Positions 62,096 to 64,000 of a stretch of 64,000 nt of DNA are shown here, piece by piece (position 1 is the stretch's first letter; every line of letters starts with the position of its first letter). A model generated the notes under the pieces. The model was not told the DNA's origin. It saw only the letters and a list, made by a program, of their open reading frames with translations, and searched no databases. The position numbers and the translations under genes are program-made. Location: NCBI GenBank assembly GCA_963666215.2, contig CAXWPL010000004.1, forward strand, positions 32,001-96,000, read 5' to 3'. Source of the DNA: Acidobacteriota bacterium. GTDB taxonomy: Bacteria > Acidobacteriota > UBA890 > WLXD01.

Positions 62096-63160
62096 ATGCT
62101 TTCCACACCCGCCACCACGAGCCCGCAGCTGCGCCGACCCGGCGCCCTTGCGGTAGCCCTTGCGCTCGTTCTGGTGAGCGTTGTCAGCGCCGCTGCCGCC
62201 ACCTCGTTGACCTCGCTCACCGCCGACAACGAGGCCCGCAGCGTCATCGAGAACGGCGACTTCGAGTCGGGCGCCGTCAGCCTGAGCCTGTCGCCCGTAC
62301 AACCGTTCCCACTCGTCGTCGGCGGCTGGGGCGTACGCGGCGAGCGCGTGACTCAAATAGCGGTCGGCCGGCGCCAACCGTTCAGTGGCCAGCACGCCCT
62401 GCGCATCGTCACGAGCGCGAGGCGTCCGGCCCACCTCCTGCAGGACGCACCCGTCGGCACCCGCTCCTTCGCGCTGCAGGTGGCGTTCCTGCGCATCAAG
62501 GGTCGCCAAACCCTGCGCCTGGTGCCCACGTGGGACCGCAACGACCCCGACCTGACCGATCTCGCCGCCGGGCCCGCCACCGGCATCGCCATCGAGCTCA
62601 CTCCCAACGGCCTGCGTGTCAACATCGACGGCGAGACCTGGCGCGTTGACCGCCCGCTCGAAGCCGGTCGTTGGTCCCGCCTCTCGCTCGTCTCGGACGT
62701 CCGCACGGGTCAGCTCCTACTCAGCATCGACGACGATCTCGTTGCCTCGCTGCCCGCCGTTCCCGCGCTCGCACCGCAAACCCTCATCCTCGGCGGCACC
62801 AACAACACCCGCGGCCTACCCGGCACCAGCCGCTACCGCTACGACGCCATCGAGCTCCTCCGACTGCACGACGTCGAGCTCGCCGAGCTGCTGCAAGGAG
62901 CTCAACGCTCGCTGCCGCAGGATCTTTCCGGATCGGTGATGCACCGCCTCGAGTCCGCCGTCCTGGCGCTCGCCAACGGCTCCCCCAGGCTCGCGACCCC
63001 GGAGCTACGCGCCGCCAGCCGCATCATCGAACGCGCCGAGCGCCAGACGATCGCTGCCGGCGCTGCGAACAACCGAGCCTCGCTCGGCCAGCAGCTCGAA
63101 GACCTCGCCACGCTGCGCGTCGCCGCCGGCGACCTGATCGCGCTGCTGAACGCGTCGTAG
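62096..63160 (+). CDS. secreted protein with CBM/LamG-like beta-sandwich and helical tail
   Basis: Signal peptide, IENGDFESG, GRWSRLSLV..LSIDDDLV. Confidence 0.65.
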   Translation: MLSTPATTSPQLRRPGALAVALALVLVSVVSAAAATSLTSLTADNEARSVIENGDFESGAVSLSLSPVQPFPLVVGGWGVRGERVTQIAVGRRQPFSGQHALRIVTSARRPAHLLQDAPVGTRSFALQVAFLRIKGRQTLRLVPTWDRNDPDLTDLAAGPATGIAIELTPNGLRVNIDGETWRVDRPLEAGRWSRLSLVSDVRTGQLLLSIDDDLVASLPAVPALAPQTLILGGTNNTRGLPGTSRYRYDAIELLRLHDVELAELLQGAQRSLPQDLSGSVMHRLESAVLALANGSPRLATPELRAASRIIERAERQTIAAGAANNRASLGQQLEDLATLRVAAGDLIALLNAS

Positions 63161-63240
63161 GCCTCCTCGAAGACCTCGACCTCGCCACGCTGTGCGTCGC
63201 CGCCGGCGATCTGATCGCGCGACTGACCACGTCGTGGGCC
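63095..63240 (+). repeat. tandem ~70 bp duplication of the 3' end of the upstream gene
   Basis: 63095-63163 is repeated with divergence at 63166-63240. Confidence 0.85.
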
Positions 63241-63468
63241 GGGCCGACTCGCTCGGTGCCGTCGTGCGGGACTCACGTCTGAGCCCAGTCTCGTCCTCCG
63301 CGATCGCTTCCTCCTCGTTCTGCGTCTTGTCTGCTTAATCCCGAAAAAAGGCATGTTTCCCGCCACGGCGAGCACGTCTCGCGTGTGGGCGCTGGCTGTT
63401 ATCATCGCCTTCGGCAGACAGTCGCGGGACAGTCGTGAACTTCGCTCGGCGCGCTCGAAACGATCTAG

Positions 63469-64000
63469 ATGGCCACGTCCTCAGCACCGATCCGGATTCA
63501 GCTCCCCGGCTCCTACCGGACGCTGCGAACCGACAAGTGGTGGATCCTCCCCGCATGGACGGTGTTCGCGCTCACCAGCTTCATCGTCTACTCGACCTGG
63601 GCCGCGCTGCAGAACGCCTACTACTACTCGGCGCCGTACCTGTCGCCGATGTACTCGCCCTGCCTGGCGGCGAACTGCGACCGCGTGACCTTCCCGCTGG
63701 TCGGCGACTGGTTCACCTTGTCGCCCGCCTTCCTGATTCTCTGGGCGCCGGGCGTGTTCAGGGTCACCTGCTACTACCACCGCGAGGCCTACTACCGCTC
63801 GTTCTGGGGCTCGCCGCCCGGCTGCGCGGTGCAGGACGTTCATGACTCCTACAGCGGTGAGACCGGCTTCCCGCTGATCCTGCAGAACTTGCACCGGTAC
63901 GCCTGGTACCTGGCGGTGGTCTTCATTTTCTTTTTGAGCTACGACGCGCTGATTGCCTTCCGCTTCCCCGACGGCTTCGGCATCGGCGTCGGCACCCTGG
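63469..64000 (+). CDS. succinate dehydrogenase membrane subunit (actinobacterial Sdh1/Rv0249c type), partial
   Basis: RTDKWW, YLSPMYSPC, SPAFLILW.PG.FR.TCYY.R.AYYRSFW..PP.CAV, YSGET.FPLILQNLHRY; runs off the window. Confidence 0.85.
   Translation, partial: MATSSAPIRIQLPGSYRTLRTDKWWILPAWTVFALTSFIVYSTWAALQNAYYYSAPYLSPMYSPCLAANCDRVTFPLVGDWFTLSPAFLILWAPGVFRVTCYYHREAYYRSFWGSPPGCAVQDVHDSYSGETGFPLILQNLHRYAWYLAVVFIFFLSYDALIAFRFPDGFGIGVGTL

Noticed and set aside
1-64000. CRISPR arrays, tRNA/rRNA (including selC), prophage or IS elements
   Set aside because: No repeat-spacer series, cloverleaf, integrase or transposase recognised by eye; a covariance-model scan is needed to exclude small RNAs

Overview
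GC-rich bacterial chromosomal window with dense coding. No rRNA, tRNA, CRISPR array, integrase or transposase was recognised. Gene content suggests Acidobacteriota (inference): a permease-less HlyD/ABC pair with a sigma-54 two-component system, a PadR remnant, an M1 peptidase and a CusF-SCO fusion. Main blocks in order: rocD and a class V aminotransferase; a sigma-54/IHF-driven MFP-ABC-NtrC-HK unit; an RsmB/NOP methyltransferase with a separate PUA-like partner; queC-queE-queD-(orf)-queF; peptidases; a partly decayed YeeE/DUF442/TSUP/ZIP cluster; a GT2/methyltransferase/metallophosphoesterase/rhodanese unit; dacB; and a ~15 kb tightly coupled minus-strand run (ArsC-like, fadD, fadI, fadJ, SCO, fdhD, FDH alpha/beta, NrfD, patatin, CDGSH). 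After these come a TGT-fold-like orphan, cysteine dioxygenase, an AhpD-like gene, a TonB receptor, an M20 peptidase, a MarR/NmrA cassette and the start of an Sdh membrane subunit. The ORF track splits three genes at in-frame TGA codons, each followed by a SECIS-like hairpin. These are three predicted selenoproteins within ~11 kb: FDH alpha, ArsC-like UxxC and AhpD-like CxxU. Other points of interest are several metal-ligand-depleted pseudo-enzymes, a ~225 nt rod-like inverted-repeat element and small gene remnants. All family assignments come from motif recognition by eye, not database searches.
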